The translations under genes and the position numbers were made by a program. Shown piece after piece: positions 9,999 through 19,154 of a stretch of DNA of 64,000 bases (positions are counted from its first letter, which is position 1; each line of letters opens with the position of its first letter). The DNA is from Candidatus Brocadiia bacterium (GTDB lineage: Bacteria; Planctomycetota; Brocadiia; CAIUPP01): NCBI GenBank assembly GCA_052139675.1, contig JBKQWE010000035.1:6906-70905 (forward strand), written 5' to 3'. The notes beneath the pieces are model-generated. The model saw nothing but the letters and a program-made list of their open reading frames with translations, searched no databases and was not told the origin of the DNA.

Positions 9999-10114
9999 TT
10001 TTGCCTCCCGTTGGCATCTTGAACTATTCGAACTATGCGCACACTGGGCGCCGTCAATAGAAAGGGGCGCGCGCCTTGAATGGCCCGCGCCCCTTCTGCA
10101 AGGAACAATATGCG

Positions 10115-10912
10115 TTACTTCGGCGTCATCGGCTGGGCGGTTTTCGACGGCTTCGGCGCGCGGCCGGCCGGCTTCGGAGCCGTCCCCTCGGGGACTTCGC
10201 TCGGGTTCACGGTATCCTTCAGCAGGATGATCTCCGCGCGGCGTGACTTGGCCTTGTCTTCCGTGCCGGAGGCGCCGGTGACCAGCGCATACTGGCCGTA
10301 ACCTTCGAAGTGCAGGCGCGCGGGCGCGATGCCCTCTTTCTCGAGGAACTCCAGCACCGCGAGCGCGCGGTGACCGGAGAGATCGAAGTTGTCCTCCCAC
10401 TTGCCCTTGGTTTTCTTGATCGGGTCCGAATCGGTGAAGCCGCGGATCGCGAGTTTGTTCGGCTTGTCGCGCAGCAGTTCGGCCGCCACCTGCTTGAGGA
10501 CCTTCTCGCCGCTCGATTTCAACTTGGCTTCGCCGGAGGCGAAGAGGACGTCGCCTTTCACGCGGATGCCCACATCGCCGCTCGGCGTTGTGAACGTCTC
10601 CACGTTCTCGCCCAGTTCCGGCCCGCCTTTGCTGATCCCGCGCTGCAGGTTCTCGAGGTTCGTCTTCAGCGCGGCCAGCAGTTCGCCTTTATCCTGCAAC
10701 TGCGTCTTGAGGAAGTCGTTTTCCTGCGTGAGCGAGACCTTGTCGTTCGTCAGCGAGGTGATGATGACCGACTGGTCCTGATTCAAACGCTTCAACGTGT
10801 TGTACTCGTCATACTCGGAGGGCGTCAGCCATCGTCCTGTGGACCGGCAACCGGAAAACGCCGCGACGCTCCCGACCAACAACAGGCACGCCCCCCACCG
10901 CAGACTCTTCAT
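10115..10912 (-). CDS. OmpA-family lipoprotein with a coiled-coil N-terminal half and a C-terminal OmpA-like domain that binds peptidoglycan.
   Basis: The start is MKSLRWGACLLLVGSVAAFSGC (lipobox). The C-terminus ...FTDSDP...LSGHRALAVLEFL...RRAEIILL matches the OmpA_C-like pattern. Confidence 0.7.
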   Translation of the reverse strand: MKSLRWGACLLLVGSVAAFSGCRSTGRWLTPSEYDEYNTLKRLNQDQSVIITSLTNDKVSLTQENDFLKTQLQDKGELLAALKTNLENLQRGISKGGPELGENVETFTTPSGDVGIRVKGDVLFASGEAKLKSSGEKVLKQVAAELLRDKPNKLAIRGFTDSDPIKKTKGKWEDNFDLSGHRALAVLEFLEKEGIAPARLHFEGYGQYALVTGASGTEDKAKSRRAEIILLKDTVNPSEVPEGTAPKPAGRAPKPSKTAQPMTPK

Positions 10913-11015
10913 CAGACACTCCTTTCGCTGACCCAGGTCAAAAAACACGGACTCGTTTCTGTCCAACGGCGATTATTTCCGCCAGGCGCTCCGCGCGCCT
11001 TAATTCCTTTCAGCG

Positions 11016-12422
11016 CTAAGGGCCATGCATCGCCTGGGCGATCTTGGCGGTGAGGCCGTTGTGAACGCCGAATGCGTCGCAGAAGAGCATGCTCCCGGCG
11101 ATGATCAGCGCCACTGTGGCGGCGATGAGCAGGACGTTGCCGATCGGCCAGGATTGCGCAGTTTCCCAGCGGGCCGGGACGATGGTCGCCGCGGCCTCCG
11201 CTTCGGGCTCTTCCTGGCCGGCCTGTTCCTGGAGGGCGGCCGCGACGGCGCCATCCACGGCGGCGCCGGTCTCAACCCCTTCGCCCAGGGCGGCCTTGGT
11301 TTCCTCGGCGCCCGGAGCGGCCGCGGGTTCCTCCGCCGCCGCAATGCCGACCGTCTCGTGATCGTCGTCGGCCGGCGCCACGCCGGCGGTCTCGGGCTTC
11401 GCGCCGACCACCTCTTTCGTCTCGAGCACTTCATCCACGTCGAGCGTTTCGAGCGCCTCGTCGCTGCTGTCGTCCGGGGCGGGTCCGAGGATGTCGGCGA
11501 CGACCCTGTCGGTCGAAGGAGCGGTCTCCTTCGACGGCGGCTTCGCTCCGGGTTTCGCGGGAGTTTCGGTAGCCACCTCGATTTCATCGCCCGAGGTGAT
11601 TTCGTCGGAAAATTGGATGCGGGATGCGCTGGAGCCGGACTCGGAGGAGCTCTCCTCGGCGACCTCGAGGATGTCCATGGAGGATTCCGATTCGTCGGCG
11701 ATGAGCACCGAATCGCCCCTTTCGTCTTCCGACGGCGGTTTCAAATCCTTGTCCTCGAAGTCGAACGCCGGAGTCGCAGCCGGCTTGCCTTTCTCTTCCT
11801 TGCCGGCGCCCGGCATGAGCAGCGAAGTCTGGTCGCCCTCCTCGAGGGCCGGCTGCTCTTCTTCGTGGAGGCCCTTGATGCCGGCTTCCGCGCTGGTCAG
11901 GCCGTGCGTCTCGACGTCCTGCTCCACGTCGAGCGTTTCGAGCGCCTCGTCGCTGCTGTCCTCCGGCGCGGGTCCGAGAATGTCGGTGACGACCTTATCG
12001 GTGGACGCGTCGCCCGGTATCCGCGCGCCGCTTCCCGCAGCCGCTTTGATTTCCTCGCTGGAGGTCGGCTCCTCGGCAACCAGGTCCTTCTCGCCGAACT
12101 TGAAGACCGGCTTCTCCGGCTGCTTGTTCTTGGGCTCGCCCGGCTGGACCGGCGCCAGCACGGAGGTCTGGTCGGTGTCCTCGATGCCCGCATCGGACTC
12201 GATTTCGGTCAGGTCAATCTTGCCGGGCGCGCCCTCCGCCAGCACCGTGGCGCCGCCGGCGACTTTCTTCTTGTACGCTTCAATATCCACAGGGCGGAAC
12301 TTGTAGGTCTTCTGGTCCAGAAAACCGCGCAGAAGGCCCTTCTTTACCAGCTCGGCGATCTGGTCTTTGCTCAGTTGGAGTTGCTTGGCAGCCTCGTCAA
12401 TGTTCAGGAGTACGTCAGCCAT
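11016..12422 (-). CDS. Membrane-anchored acidic protein with an N-terminal excisionase-type HTH (HTH_17) and a C-terminal TM helix.
   Basis: The N-terminus AAKQLQLSKDQIAELVKKGLLRGF is a Xis/MerR-like HTH. About 350 residues are Asp/Glu/Ser/Thr-rich and disordered, with a 34-aa internal repeat. The C-terminus WPIGNVLLIAATVALIIAGSMLF is hydrophobic. The RBS is GGAGGTG. Confidence 0.65.
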   Translation of the reverse strand: MADVLLNIDEAAKQLQLSKDQIAELVKKGLLRGFLDQKTYKFRPVDIEAYKKKVAGGATVLAEGAPGKIDLTEIESDAGIEDTDQTSVLAPVQPGEPKNKQPEKPVFKFGEKDLVAEEPTSSEEIKAAAGSGARIPGDASTDKVVTDILGPAPEDSSDEALETLDVEQDVETHGLTSAEAGIKGLHEEEQPALEEGDQTSLLMPGAGKEEKGKPAATPAFDFEDKDLKPPSEDERGDSVLIADESESSMDILEVAEESSSESGSSASRIQFSDEITSGDEIEVATETPAKPGAKPPSKETAPSTDRVVADILGPAPDDSSDEALETLDVDEVLETKEVVGAKPETAGVAPADDDHETVGIAAAEEPAAAPGAEETKAALGEGVETGAAVDGAVAAALQEQAGQEEPEAEAAATIVPARWETAQSWPIGNVLLIAATVALIIAGSMLFCDAFGVHNGLTAKIAQAMHGP

Positions 12423-12632
12423 GGCACACCTCCTCGCCGGTCAAGTCCGAACGGAAGTCCGGATGCCGGCTTTCAACCAGACGGCGATCCCTCGAAACTG
12501 CGGCGGTAGTATAGCACCGTCCGCAACCGTAAAGCAAGAAATTCATGGCATGGAATGCAGGCCATCAGGCGCGGCGGGGCTCTTCAGGCTGCGATGGGCG
12601 GCAGGCGCTTTTTGCGCTTCGGCATCTGTGGA

Positions 12633-13259
12633 TCAAGACTTGGCGGCCGTTCCGGGTCCGGGTTCGCCTTCGGCGTCGGACGAGCCGCGCGCGAGGCGCA
12701 GAACCGCGTCGTGAAGTTCATCCAACCCGACCGGCTTGGCCACGCAGAGGTCCGCGCCGGCCTCCTTGGCCTTCTCGATGTTCTCGCTGGTCGCGTAACC
12801 GGTGAGGACCATAATGCGCGTCTGCCGCGACCGCGGCGAGGCTTTGATGTTCCGACAGACGTCCAGCCCGTTCATCCCGGCCATGAGGAGGTCGAGGATG
12901 ACGACGTGCGGCTGGAACTCGGAGACCTGCCGGCCGGCGGCGAATCCATCGGCGGCCTGCCGCACCCGCAGGTTCGGCTGGCGGCCGAGAAATTCCGTCG
13001 CGCTCTCGCGGAACGCCGCGTCATCGTCCACGACGAGCACCCGCAGCGTGCCGGTCAGATCGCGCCAGCCTCGAAGCTTGCGGGAGTCGAGGAAGGCACG
13101 CACGTCCGCATCGAGCACGCGCAGATGTCCGCCGGGCGTTTCGTAGGCCGGGAGGTTTCCCTCCAGAATCCAGCGCCGGACGGTCGTGTAGTGGACTCCG
13201 CATCGTTCAGCGACCTGCATCGTCGAAAGGGCCGTCTGAACGTGTCCCCGTTTTTTCAA
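12633..13259 (-). CDS. Response regulator with an N-terminal excisionase-type HTH (HTH_17) and a C-terminal receiver domain.
   Basis: MQVAERCGVHYTTVRRWILEGNLPAY is an HTH_17 motif. It is followed by VLVVDDD...ILDLLMAGMNG...MVLTGYAT, a REC domain. The start is TTG behind GGAAGGAGAAGG. Confidence 0.75.
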   Translation of the reverse strand: MKKRGHVQTALSTMQVAERCGVHYTTVRRWILEGNLPAYETPGGHLRVLDADVRAFLDSRKLRGWRDLTGTLRVLVVDDDAAFRESATEFLGRQPNLRVRQAADGFAAGRQVSEFQPHVVILDLLMAGMNGLDVCRNIKASPRSRQTRIMVLTGYATSENIEKAKEAGADLCVAKPVGLDELHDAVLRLARGSSDAEGEPGPGTAAKS

Positions 13260-13516
13260 CTGATACCTTCTCCTTCCATTTTGACGTCAAGATCCGGCTT
13301 CCGTGCCGGTCTGTCGCGCTCTCCATCCCCATGGTCCACTATACCACAGCGTGGCCGGCGCGTCAAATAGCACTCTCACTTGAAGTTAGAACGCCTCATC
13401 GGTGCCAGGCAAGGGCGGCTTTTCGCTCGTTGACGCGTCCGCGCTAAAGCAGTACAATCCCTCGCGTATCGCGCGGCGGCATCGGCTCCACAGGAACAGC
13501 TCAGGAGAGAACACTC

Positions 13517-14647
13517 ATGCCCGCGTTGAAAGTCGGCATTGTCGGCCTGGGAGGGATCGGCCAGGCGCATCTGAAAGCGATCCTGAAATTGAGCGACCTG
13601 CAGTTGGTCGGCTTCGCCGATACCAGCAGCGCCGTCCGCGAGGCGCAAAGCCGCGAGCACAAACTGCCCGCCTTCGCGAGCCACCTTGAACTGATCGAGA
13701 AGGCGCACCCGGACTACGTCGTCATCGGCACGCCGCATTACAGCCACACCGATGTCGCGATGGATGCCATGAGGCGCGGCGTGCACGCCTTCGCGGAGAA
13801 GCCGCTGACGGTCTCCGCCGCCCGCGCGGAGGAATGCGCCGCGGTGGCGAAACAGACCGGCCGGGTCCTCGGCGTGAACTTTCTCCGGCGGCTGCAGCCC
13901 GCCGAGCGGAAGCTGCACGATCTGATCCAGGTCGGCTTCCTCGGCCGAACGCTCCGCGTGACGATGATCTGCACCCGCTGGTTCCGGTCCATGGCCTACT
14001 ATCGCTCCAGCCCATGGCGGGCGACCTGGTCGGGCGAAGGCGGCGGCATCACCGTCAACCAGTCGCCGCACGACCTCGACCTGCTCAACTGGGCCGTCGG
14101 CATGCCCTCGGAAGTCTTCGCGGAGGTCAACACCTCCGGCCACGAGATCGAGGTCGAGGACGACGTCGTCGCCGCCATGAAGTGGCCCGGCGGCGCGACC
14201 GGCACGATGCACGTCACGACGAACGAGGCGCCCGGACGGACTTTCCTCGAGGTCGCCGGCACCCGCGGGACGCTCACGCTCGAGAACAACAAGCTCAAGG
14301 CGACCGAACTGGCTGAGGATTCCGCGCAGTTCAGCAATACCTCGAAAGGAGTGTGGAACAGCCCGGCGGTGAAAGCGGCCGTGACGTACGAACTGATGGA
14401 CGCGGCGGACGGGTTCATGCTGATGCACCAGAACTTCGCCGACGCGATCCGGAAGGGCGCGCCGCTGATCTGCCCCGGCGACGAGGGCGTCCGGGAAGTG
14501 GAGCTGGCCAACGCGCTGCTCGTCTCCGGCGTGAAGCGCAAGTGGGTCTCCACGCCGGCGGACCCGAAGGAGTTCGACGAGGTGCTCGCGAAGCTGCTCG
14601 AGCTCAAAAAACTCGACGCCGTGAAGGCGCATTTTGCGGGACGGTAG
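13517..14647 (+). CDS. Gfo/Idh/MocA family NAD(P)-dependent oxidoreductase.
   Basis: LKVGIVGLGGIGQAH is a Rossmann motif, and ...EKPL... with the C-terminal alpha/beta domain is typical of the family. Confidence 0.85.
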   Translation: MPALKVGIVGLGGIGQAHLKAILKLSDLQLVGFADTSSAVREAQSREHKLPAFASHLELIEKAHPDYVVIGTPHYSHTDVAMDAMRRGVHAFAEKPLTVSAARAEECAAVAKQTGRVLGVNFLRRLQPAERKLHDLIQVGFLGRTLRVTMICTRWFRSMAYYRSSPWRATWSGEGGGITVNQSPHDLDLLNWAVGMPSEVFAEVNTSGHEIEVEDDVVAAMKWPGGATGTMHVTTNEAPGRTFLEVAGTRGTLTLENNKLKATELAEDSAQFSNTSKGVWNSPAVKAAVTYELMDAADGFMLMHQNFADAIRKGAPLICPGDEGVREVELANALLVSGVKRKWVSTPADPKEFDEVLAKLLELKKLDAVKAHFAGR

Positions 14648-14678
14648 TCTGGAGTTTCCGAAATAAATTCCGTAATGC

Positions 14679-14768
14679 GCCGTCATTCCGAGCGGAGCGA
14701 GGAATCTCATACGCAGCGCGCGGTCAGCGGTTCGCGGTATGAGACCCTTCGCTGCGCTCAGGGTGACG
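14679..14768. terminator. Long imperfect inverted repeat in a convergent intergenic region (putative bidirectional terminator-like stem-loop).
   Basis: CCGTCATTCCGAGCGGAGCGAGGAATCTCATACG ... CGGTATGAGACCCTTCGCTGCGCTCAGGGTGACG, between the stop of the Gfo/Idh/MocA gene (14647) and the stop of the PK_C-like gene (14779). There is no clear U-tract. Confidence 0.35.
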
Positions 14769-14778
14769 CGGTCTGGAC

Positions 14779-15354
14779 TTATGCGTTTTGTTTACCGCCC
14801 ACGGCATTCTCCGGCTTGCAGATGATCTCGTGCACCTTCAGGTCGAAGAAGTTGTGCGTGTTCGCCGGAGTGAGGACGAGGGCCGTGTCCGCGCCGCGGC
14901 CCGATCCGCCGCAGGAGACGACCTTCTCGTCCGTGCGAACCATGCCGGCGTCGCACGCCATGAGCGCCACCTCGCAGGCGACCTTGGTGCCCTGGCCGAA
15001 GATGCGCAGCGTGGCCGCGACGATCTCGTCGGACTGATAGGTCTGGAATTTTCTCCGGACGGCGCGGCCGAGCCCGCCGAAAGCATGGGCCGCTGTCACG
15101 AGACGCGCGCCCGCGGCGAGGATCTGCTTCTCGACGTCGGCGGGCATGTCCTGCGAGCCGGCGCGCGCGAAACCGAAGACGGACCGAACCACCACCAGGC
15201 GCGCGGCCGGCCACGATTCGAAGAACCTCAGCGCCGTCGCGCCGGTGTTCGACGCGACGACGATCTTCTCGACGTGCAGCTCCTTCGCGCGAGCCACCGC
15301 CAGGTCAATCGTCTCGCGCGTGTTTTCCTCTCCGGCGTTCTTGAAGACGATCAT
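14779..15354 (-). CDS. Pyruvate kinase C-terminal-like (PK_C, alpha/beta domain) protein of the COG1751 type.
   Basis: MIVFKNAGEENTRETIDLAVARAKELHVEKIVVASNTGATAL resembles PK_C-only proteins. The start ATG at 15352-15354 sits behind GGGAGA. The upstream 56 codons of the ORF overlap an inverted-repeat element. Confidence 0.5.
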   Translation of the reverse strand: MIVFKNAGEENTRETIDLAVARAKELHVEKIVVASNTGATALRFFESWPAARLVVVRSVFGFARAGSQDMPADVEKQILAAGARLVTAAHAFGGLGRAVRRKFQTYQSDEIVAATLRIFGQGTKVACEVALMACDAGMVRTDEKVVSCGGSGRGADTALVLTPANTHNFFDLKVHEIICKPENAVGGKQNA

Positions 15355-15371
15355 GGCTTTCTCCCTCGCTA

Positions 15372-15496
15372 ATGTCTCACCGCGCTTCACCACGAAGGAC
15401 ACGAAGATCACGAAGGAAAAAGAACCAGGATTGGAAAAGCCCTGCCTGTACGCCGCCGTTCTTCGTGCTCTTCGTGTCCTTCGTGGTGAGACATCA
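15372..15496. promoter_or_regulatory. Palindromic array of 9-bp direct repeats (CACGAAGGA x3 per arm) in the divergent promoter region between the PK_C-like gene and gnd.
   Basis: Left arm ATGTCTCACCGCGCTTCACCACGAAGGACACGAAGATCACGAAGG (15372-15416), right arm CCGTTCTTCGTGCTCTTCGTGTCCTTCGTGGTGAGACAT (15456-15495). The ends ATGTCTCACC and GGTGAGACAT are perfect reverse complements. Confidence 0.5.
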
Positions 15497-15648
15497 CTTA
15501 TGCACGAGGAGTCTATCACACGCAATGCGGCGCGGCAACGGCCCAGGGCACTTGACTTGAGGCGCTCATAACGGCATGATAACCAGTCTACGCCGCGGTT
15601 TCTCCGTCGGCCTTAGCGACTGCAAATTTTCTGACCGGGAGTTCAGTC

Positions 15649-17100
15649 ATGGCACAAGCGGATATCGGCCTCATCGGTCTGGCGGTGATGGGCGAGAACA
15701 TCGTGCTCAACATGGAGAGCAAGGGGTTCACCGTGGCCCTCTTCAACCGCACGGTGGAGAAGGTGGACGCGTTCGTCGCCGGGCGCGGCGCGGGCAAGAA
15801 GTTCATCGGCTGCCACAGCATCGGGGAACTCGCCGCCGCTCTCAAGCGTCCCCGCAAGGTCATGCTGCTCGTGAAGGCCGGCCAGCCGGTAGACGATTTC
15901 ATCGAGCAACTCATTCCCGCGCTGGAGCCGGGCGACATCATCATTGACGGCGGCAACAGCCATTTCACCGACACGATCCGCCGCGCGAAGCTCGTCGAGA
16001 GCAAGGGCCTGCTGTACATCGGCACGGGCGTCTCCGGCGGCGAGGAAGGCGCGCTGACCGGCCCTTCGATGATGCCCGGCGGCAGCCCCGCCGCGTGGCC
16101 GCTGGTCAAGGACATCTTCCAGAAAATCTGCGCCCGGACGCCCGAGGGCGAGCCGTGCTGCGACTGGGTCGGCGAGAACGGCGCCGGCCACTTCGTCAAG
16201 ATGGTCCACAACGGCATCGAATACGGCGACATGCAGATGATCTGCGAGACCTACCTGATGATGAAGGAAGGCCTCGGCATGTCGAACGAGGAGATGCGCG
16301 AGGCCTTCAACGCCTGGAACGAGGTGGAGTTGAAGTCCTACCTGATCGAGATCACCCGCGACATCCTCGCGTACAAGAACGAGGAAGGGCAATACGTCCT
16401 GGACCTGATCCTGGACACGGCCGGGCAGAAGGGCACCGGCAAGTGGACCGTGCTGGCCGCCCTCGACGAAGGCCAGCCGCTGACGCTGATCGGCGAGGCG
16501 GTCTTCGCGCGCTGCCTCTCGGCGATCAAGGAAGAGCGCGTGGCCGCCAGCAAGGTGCTCAAAGGGAAGATGAAGAAGATCCGCGGCGACCGGCCGGCGC
16601 TCATCGCCGACCTGCGCCAGGCGCTGTACGCCGCGAAGATCGTCTCCTACGCGCAGGGATTCCAACTGATGCGCTCGGCGGCGAAGACGTACAGTTGGAA
16701 CCTCAACTACGGCGGCATCGCCCTGATGTGGCGCGGCGGCTGCATCATCCGTTCGGCCTTCCTCGGCAAGATCAAGGAGGCCTACGTCAACAATCCGAAG
16801 ATCACCAACCTGCTGCTCGACCCGTTCTTCGCCGGGGCCGTCAAGACGGCCGAAAAATCCTGGCGCAACGTGATCCGGAAAGCCGTGCAGGCGCGCATCC
16901 CGGTCCCGGCGATCGGCTCGGCTCTGGAGTTCTATGACGGCTACCGCGCCCCGCGGCTGCCGGCGAACCTGCTCCAGGCGCAGCGCGATTACTTCGGCGC
17001 GCACACCTACGAGCGTGTGGACAAGCCGCGCGGCGAGTTCTTTCACACGAATTGGACCGGAAAAGGCGGAACGACGAGCGCGTCCACTTATACGGTATGA
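15649..17100 (+). CDS. gnd: 6-phosphogluconate dehydrogenase, decarboxylating.
   Basis: The product is 483 aa and starts IGLIGLAVMGENIVLN (NADP-binding). It also contains MVHNGIEYGDMQ and the 6PGD C-terminal domain. Confidence 0.9.
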   Translation: MAQADIGLIGLAVMGENIVLNMESKGFTVALFNRTVEKVDAFVAGRGAGKKFIGCHSIGELAAALKRPRKVMLLVKAGQPVDDFIEQLIPALEPGDIIIDGGNSHFTDTIRRAKLVESKGLLYIGTGVSGGEEGALTGPSMMPGGSPAAWPLVKDIFQKICARTPEGEPCCDWVGENGAGHFVKMVHNGIEYGDMQMICETYLMMKEGLGMSNEEMREAFNAWNEVELKSYLIEITRDILAYKNEEGQYVLDLILDTAGQKGTGKWTVLAALDEGQPLTLIGEAVFARCLSAIKEERVAASKVLKGKMKKIRGDRPALIADLRQALYAAKIVSYAQGFQLMRSAAKTYSWNLNYGGIALMWRGGCIIRSAFLGKIKEAYVNNPKITNLLLDPFFAGAVKTAEKSWRNVIRKAVQARIPVPAIGSALEFYDGYRAPRLPANLLQAQRDYFGAHTYERVDKPRGEFFHTNWTGKGGTTSASTYTV

Positions 17101-17139
17101 TTACGAAGGTTTGAAAGCGGTTCCAGGAAGGAGCTTCCC

Positions 17140-17967
17140 ATGTGCAGCCCGTTGACGGAATATCTCGAGTCCATGTTCAGCCTCGAAGGCCGCACCGCCG
17201 TGGTGACCGGCGGCGGTGGAGTGCTCTGCAGCCGCATGGCCGAGGCGCTGGCCCAGGCCGGTGCGAGCGTGATCCTCTGGGACGTCCGCCAGGACGCGCT
17301 CAACGAGAAGGTCGCCCAGATTCGCAAGACCCTCGGCGACGACAAGCGCGCCAACGCCGTCCAGGTGGACCTGATGAACGAAGACTCCATCCGCGCCGGG
17401 ATCGAGAAGTCCGTGAAGTTCACCGGCCAGGTGGACATCCTCCTCAACGGCGCCGGCGGCAACCGCGGCAAGTCCACGCTCCAGGAGGTCAAGGCGGAGG
17501 ACATCGAATTCGTCCTCAAGCTGAACCTGCTCGCCGGCTGCATCCTGCCGGTCAAGCATTTCTCGAAGTACTGGATCGAGAAGAAGATCAAAGGCACGAT
17601 CATCAACATCGCCTCGATGGCCTCGTTCAACCCGCTCTCGGGCGTCTACGCCTACTCGGCCGCCAAGGCGGCGGTGATGAACCAGACGGTGGCGCAGGCC
17701 AAGGAGCTGGCCCCGTTCGGCATCCGCGCCAACGCGATCGCGCCGGGGTTCCTCATCGCCGACCAGAACCGCGCGCTGCTGCTCAACCCGGACGGCTCGC
17801 TCACGCCGCGCGGGCAGGCGGTCATCCACCACACGCCCGCCGGCCGGTTCGGCGAGGCCCACGAGCTTGTGGGCGCGATCCTGTTCCTGGCCTCCGACAA
17901 GGCCGCCGGCTTCGTCAGCGGCATCACGCTGCCGGTGGACGGCGCGTACCTGGCGTTCAACATCTGA
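17140..17967 (+). CDS. SDR-family short-chain dehydrogenase/reductase.
   Basis: Shows TGGGGVLC, NGAG and the catalytic YxxxK (YAYSAAKAA). The RBS is GGAAGGAG. Confidence 0.85.
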   Translation: MCSPLTEYLESMFSLEGRTAVVTGGGGVLCSRMAEALAQAGASVILWDVRQDALNEKVAQIRKTLGDDKRANAVQVDLMNEDSIRAGIEKSVKFTGQVDILLNGAGGNRGKSTLQEVKAEDIEFVLKLNLLAGCILPVKHFSKYWIEKKIKGTIINIASMASFNPLSGVYAYSAAKAAVMNQTVAQAKELAPFGIRANAIAPGFLIADQNRALLLNPDGSLTPRGQAVIHHTPAGRFGEAHELVGAILFLASDKAAGFVSGITLPVDGAYLAFNI

Positions 17968-17987
17968 ACCCAAAGGAGGAGAAAGAC

Positions 17988-18893
17988 ATGGCCGGCGATC
18001 CGCAGGCGCCGCTCAAGGCGCTCAAGCCGAAGCACGAGTTCTTCATCGGCATTGACTCGGACGGCTGCGCGTTCGACACGATGGAGATCAAGCACAAGGA
18101 GTGCTTCTGCCCGAATTTCATTGACCACTTCCACTGCCAGGCCGTCAGCAAGTACACCCGCGACGCCTGGGACTTCGTCAACCTCTACTCGAAATGGCGC
18201 GGCTGCAACCGCTGGCAGGCGGTCGTCCGCGTCCTCGACCTGCTCCACGACCGCGACGAGGTCAAGCGCCGCCACGCGAAGATCACCGAGGGCAAGGCCA
18301 TCAAGGAGTTCGTGAAATCCAACAAGGTGCTGAGCAACGACACCCTCAAGGAAGCGATCGCGCGCGCCCAGGACCCGGCGACGAAGAAGGAGCTCGAGGA
18401 GGCGCTCGCCTGGTCGAAGGCGGTCAACGAGTCCATCGCGAAGATGGTGCACGACGTGCCGCCCTTTCCGTTCGTCCGCGAGTGCCTCGAGAAGGCCTTC
18501 AAGAAGGCGGACATGATCGTCGTCAGCCAGACGCCGACCGAGGCGCTCGTCCGCGAGTGGAAGGAACACCGCATCGAAGGGCATGTCAGCCTCATCGCCG
18601 GCCAGGAGATGGGCAGCAAGTCCGAGCACATCCAGTTCGCCGCCGGCGGCAAATACCCGCCGTCGAAGATCCTCATGATCGGCGATGCGCCCGGCGACCT
18701 CAAGGCCGCGCGCGACAACAACGCGCTGTTCTTCCCCATTGATCCGGGCCGTGAGGACGCTTCCTGGCAGGTGCTCTTCGAGGAGGGCCTCGACCGCTTC
18801 TTCGCGGGGACCTACGCCGGCGCGTACGAGAAGAAACTCATCGAACAGTTCGACCGGCTCCTGCCCGAGCGGCCGCCCTGGAAGAAGGATTGA
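17988..18893 (+). CDS. HAD-superfamily hydrolase (putative phosphatase).
   Basis: FIGIDSDGCAFDT is HAD motif I (DxDGxxxD), and ...MIGDAPGDLKAA is motif IV. The RBS is AAAGGAGGAG. ORF 17142..18893 in the track is this gene read upstream, out of frame, through the SDR gene. Confidence 0.7.
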   Translation: MAGDPQAPLKALKPKHEFFIGIDSDGCAFDTMEIKHKECFCPNFIDHFHCQAVSKYTRDAWDFVNLYSKWRGCNRWQAVVRVLDLLHDRDEVKRRHAKITEGKAIKEFVKSNKVLSNDTLKEAIARAQDPATKKELEEALAWSKAVNESIAKMVHDVPPFPFVRECLEKAFKKADMIVVSQTPTEALVREWKEHRIEGHVSLIAGQEMGSKSEHIQFAAGGKYPPSKILMIGDAPGDLKAARDNNALFFPIDPGREDASWQVLFEEGLDRFFAGTYAGAYEKKLIEQFDRLLPERPPWKKD

Positions 18894-19154
18894 CCCGCCC
18901 TCAATGGCCCACGATCGCCGGCGGATCGGCGACGGCCCGTTGCGGAGGGAAAGCGGATAACGGATGACTGGCTTGGGCCGGCTTCGGCATTACCCCATGG
19001 CCTTCGCATGAACCCCTCGTGCGTTGGTTCAGCCGAGGCCGGTCCTTTTTATTGCCCCAGGTGCAGGAGAACGGCGCCGAAATCGTGAAGCTCTGCTGCG
19101 CGTTGCGCCCCACGATATCCAAGGCGGGCAAGAGTTGATAACGCTCTGGCGGAA

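Noticed and set aside
17142-18893. 583-aa ORF that appears to fuse the SDR and HAD genes.
   Set aside because: The first 282 codons are an out-of-frame read through the SDR gene. The real HAD gene starts at an ATG at 17988 behind a strong AAAGGAGGAG RBS.
18894-19154. Small ORF 18901..19158 (85 aa) and possible RNA gene in the HAD-vapC gap.
   Set aside because: There is no RBS, the translation has no motif, and no tRNA-like T-loop or anticodon-arm pattern was found by eye. The gap is left as noncoding.
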